DNA from: Candidatus Odinarchaeota archaeon
GTDB taxonomy: Archaea > Asgardarchaeota > Odinarchaeia > Odinarchaeales > Odinarchaeaceae
Length of the DNA: 14,107 nucleotides
Direction: 5' to 3'
NCBI GenBank assembly: GCA_038826135.1
Contig: JAWBON010000002.1
Span: forward strand, 30,268 to 44,374
Positions 13,831 through 14,107 of the stretch are shown piece after piece. Made by a program: the position numbers and the translations under genes. The notes below the pieces were generated by a model that did no database searches, was not told the DNA's origin, and saw only the letters and a list, made by a program, of their open reading frames with translations. Within the stretch, counting starts at the first letter, position 1, and each line of letters begins with the position of its first letter.

Positions 13831-14107
13831 TTTAAAATTTTTAATCAACTCTTTAATTTTAACCATAACCTCTTTACATTTAGAAGCGTCTTTACCCTCA
13901 ACTGTTATTCTTATAAGAGGCTCTGTACCTGAAGGTCTTATCAGGGCTCTCCCCCATTCAGCGATAACGTTTAAGCCGTCTAGGGTGTTAACGTTTATCA
14001 CACCATTCATCTTCAAGATCTCTCTACCAGCTTTCTCCATAACATGTTCCTTCTTTTCATCTGGGCAATCCACTGTCTCTCTTATAACAGGGTATATAGT
14101 TATCCCC
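13819..14107 (-). CDS. Alpha-D-phosphohexomutase (PMM/PGM/GlmM family), C-terminal domain; 5' part lies outside the window
   Basis: Frame open to the window edge: GITIYPVIRETVDCPDEKK...NTLDGLNV...WGRALIRPSGTEPLIRITVEG, the domain-4 signature (DG..., lxRPSGTEP.xR). Confidence 0.92.
   Translation of the reverse strand, partial: GITIYPVIRETVDCPDEKKEHVMEKAGREILKMNGVINVNTLDGLNVIAEWGRALIRPSGTEPLIRITVEGKDASKCKEVMVKIKELIKNFKSIF

Noticed and set aside
1-14107. CRISPR arrays, IS elements, integrases, rRNA
   Set aside because: No regularly spaced direct repeats, terminal inverted repeats with a transposase, or GC-rich structural RNA segments were seen.

Overview
Gene-dense, AT-rich archaeal window with GGTG(A)-type Shine-Dalgarno motifs and archaeal ribosomal proteins. 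A Rab-like small GTPase, a gelsolin-domain protein and a roadblock/LC7 protein point to an Asgard archaeon; the compact organisation would fit Odinarchaeia (inference). Left to right: 5' part of a rubrerythrin gene (minus strand, missed by the ORF track) divergent from an LrpA-type regulator and an MFS transporter; rps13-rps4-rps11 with no rpoD after it; a calcineurin-like phosphoesterase; a stand-alone LOR/SDH (ornithine cyclodeaminase-like) protein and a MOFRL glycerate kinase (minus strand); a 469-bp gap; ACT-domain protein plus homoserine dehydrogenase; a plus-strand cluster of Rab-like GTPase fusion, Nnr, gelsolin-domain protein and roadblock protein; and the 3' end of a phosphohexomutase (minus strand). 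The main candidates for novelty are (1) the GTPase is fused to a ~350-aa domain that by eye follows the M20 (ArgE/DapE) peptidase fold but lacks every metal ligand, i.e. a GTPase-pseudoenzyme fusion, and (2) it is clustered with an actin regulator and a roadblock protein, suggesting a GTPase/roadblock/actin signalling module. A helically phased set of Ptr2-like Lrp boxes also spans the rubrerythrin/lrp promoter. No tRNA, rRNA, CRISPR or mobile element was seen. All family assignments come from manual motif reading, not database searches.
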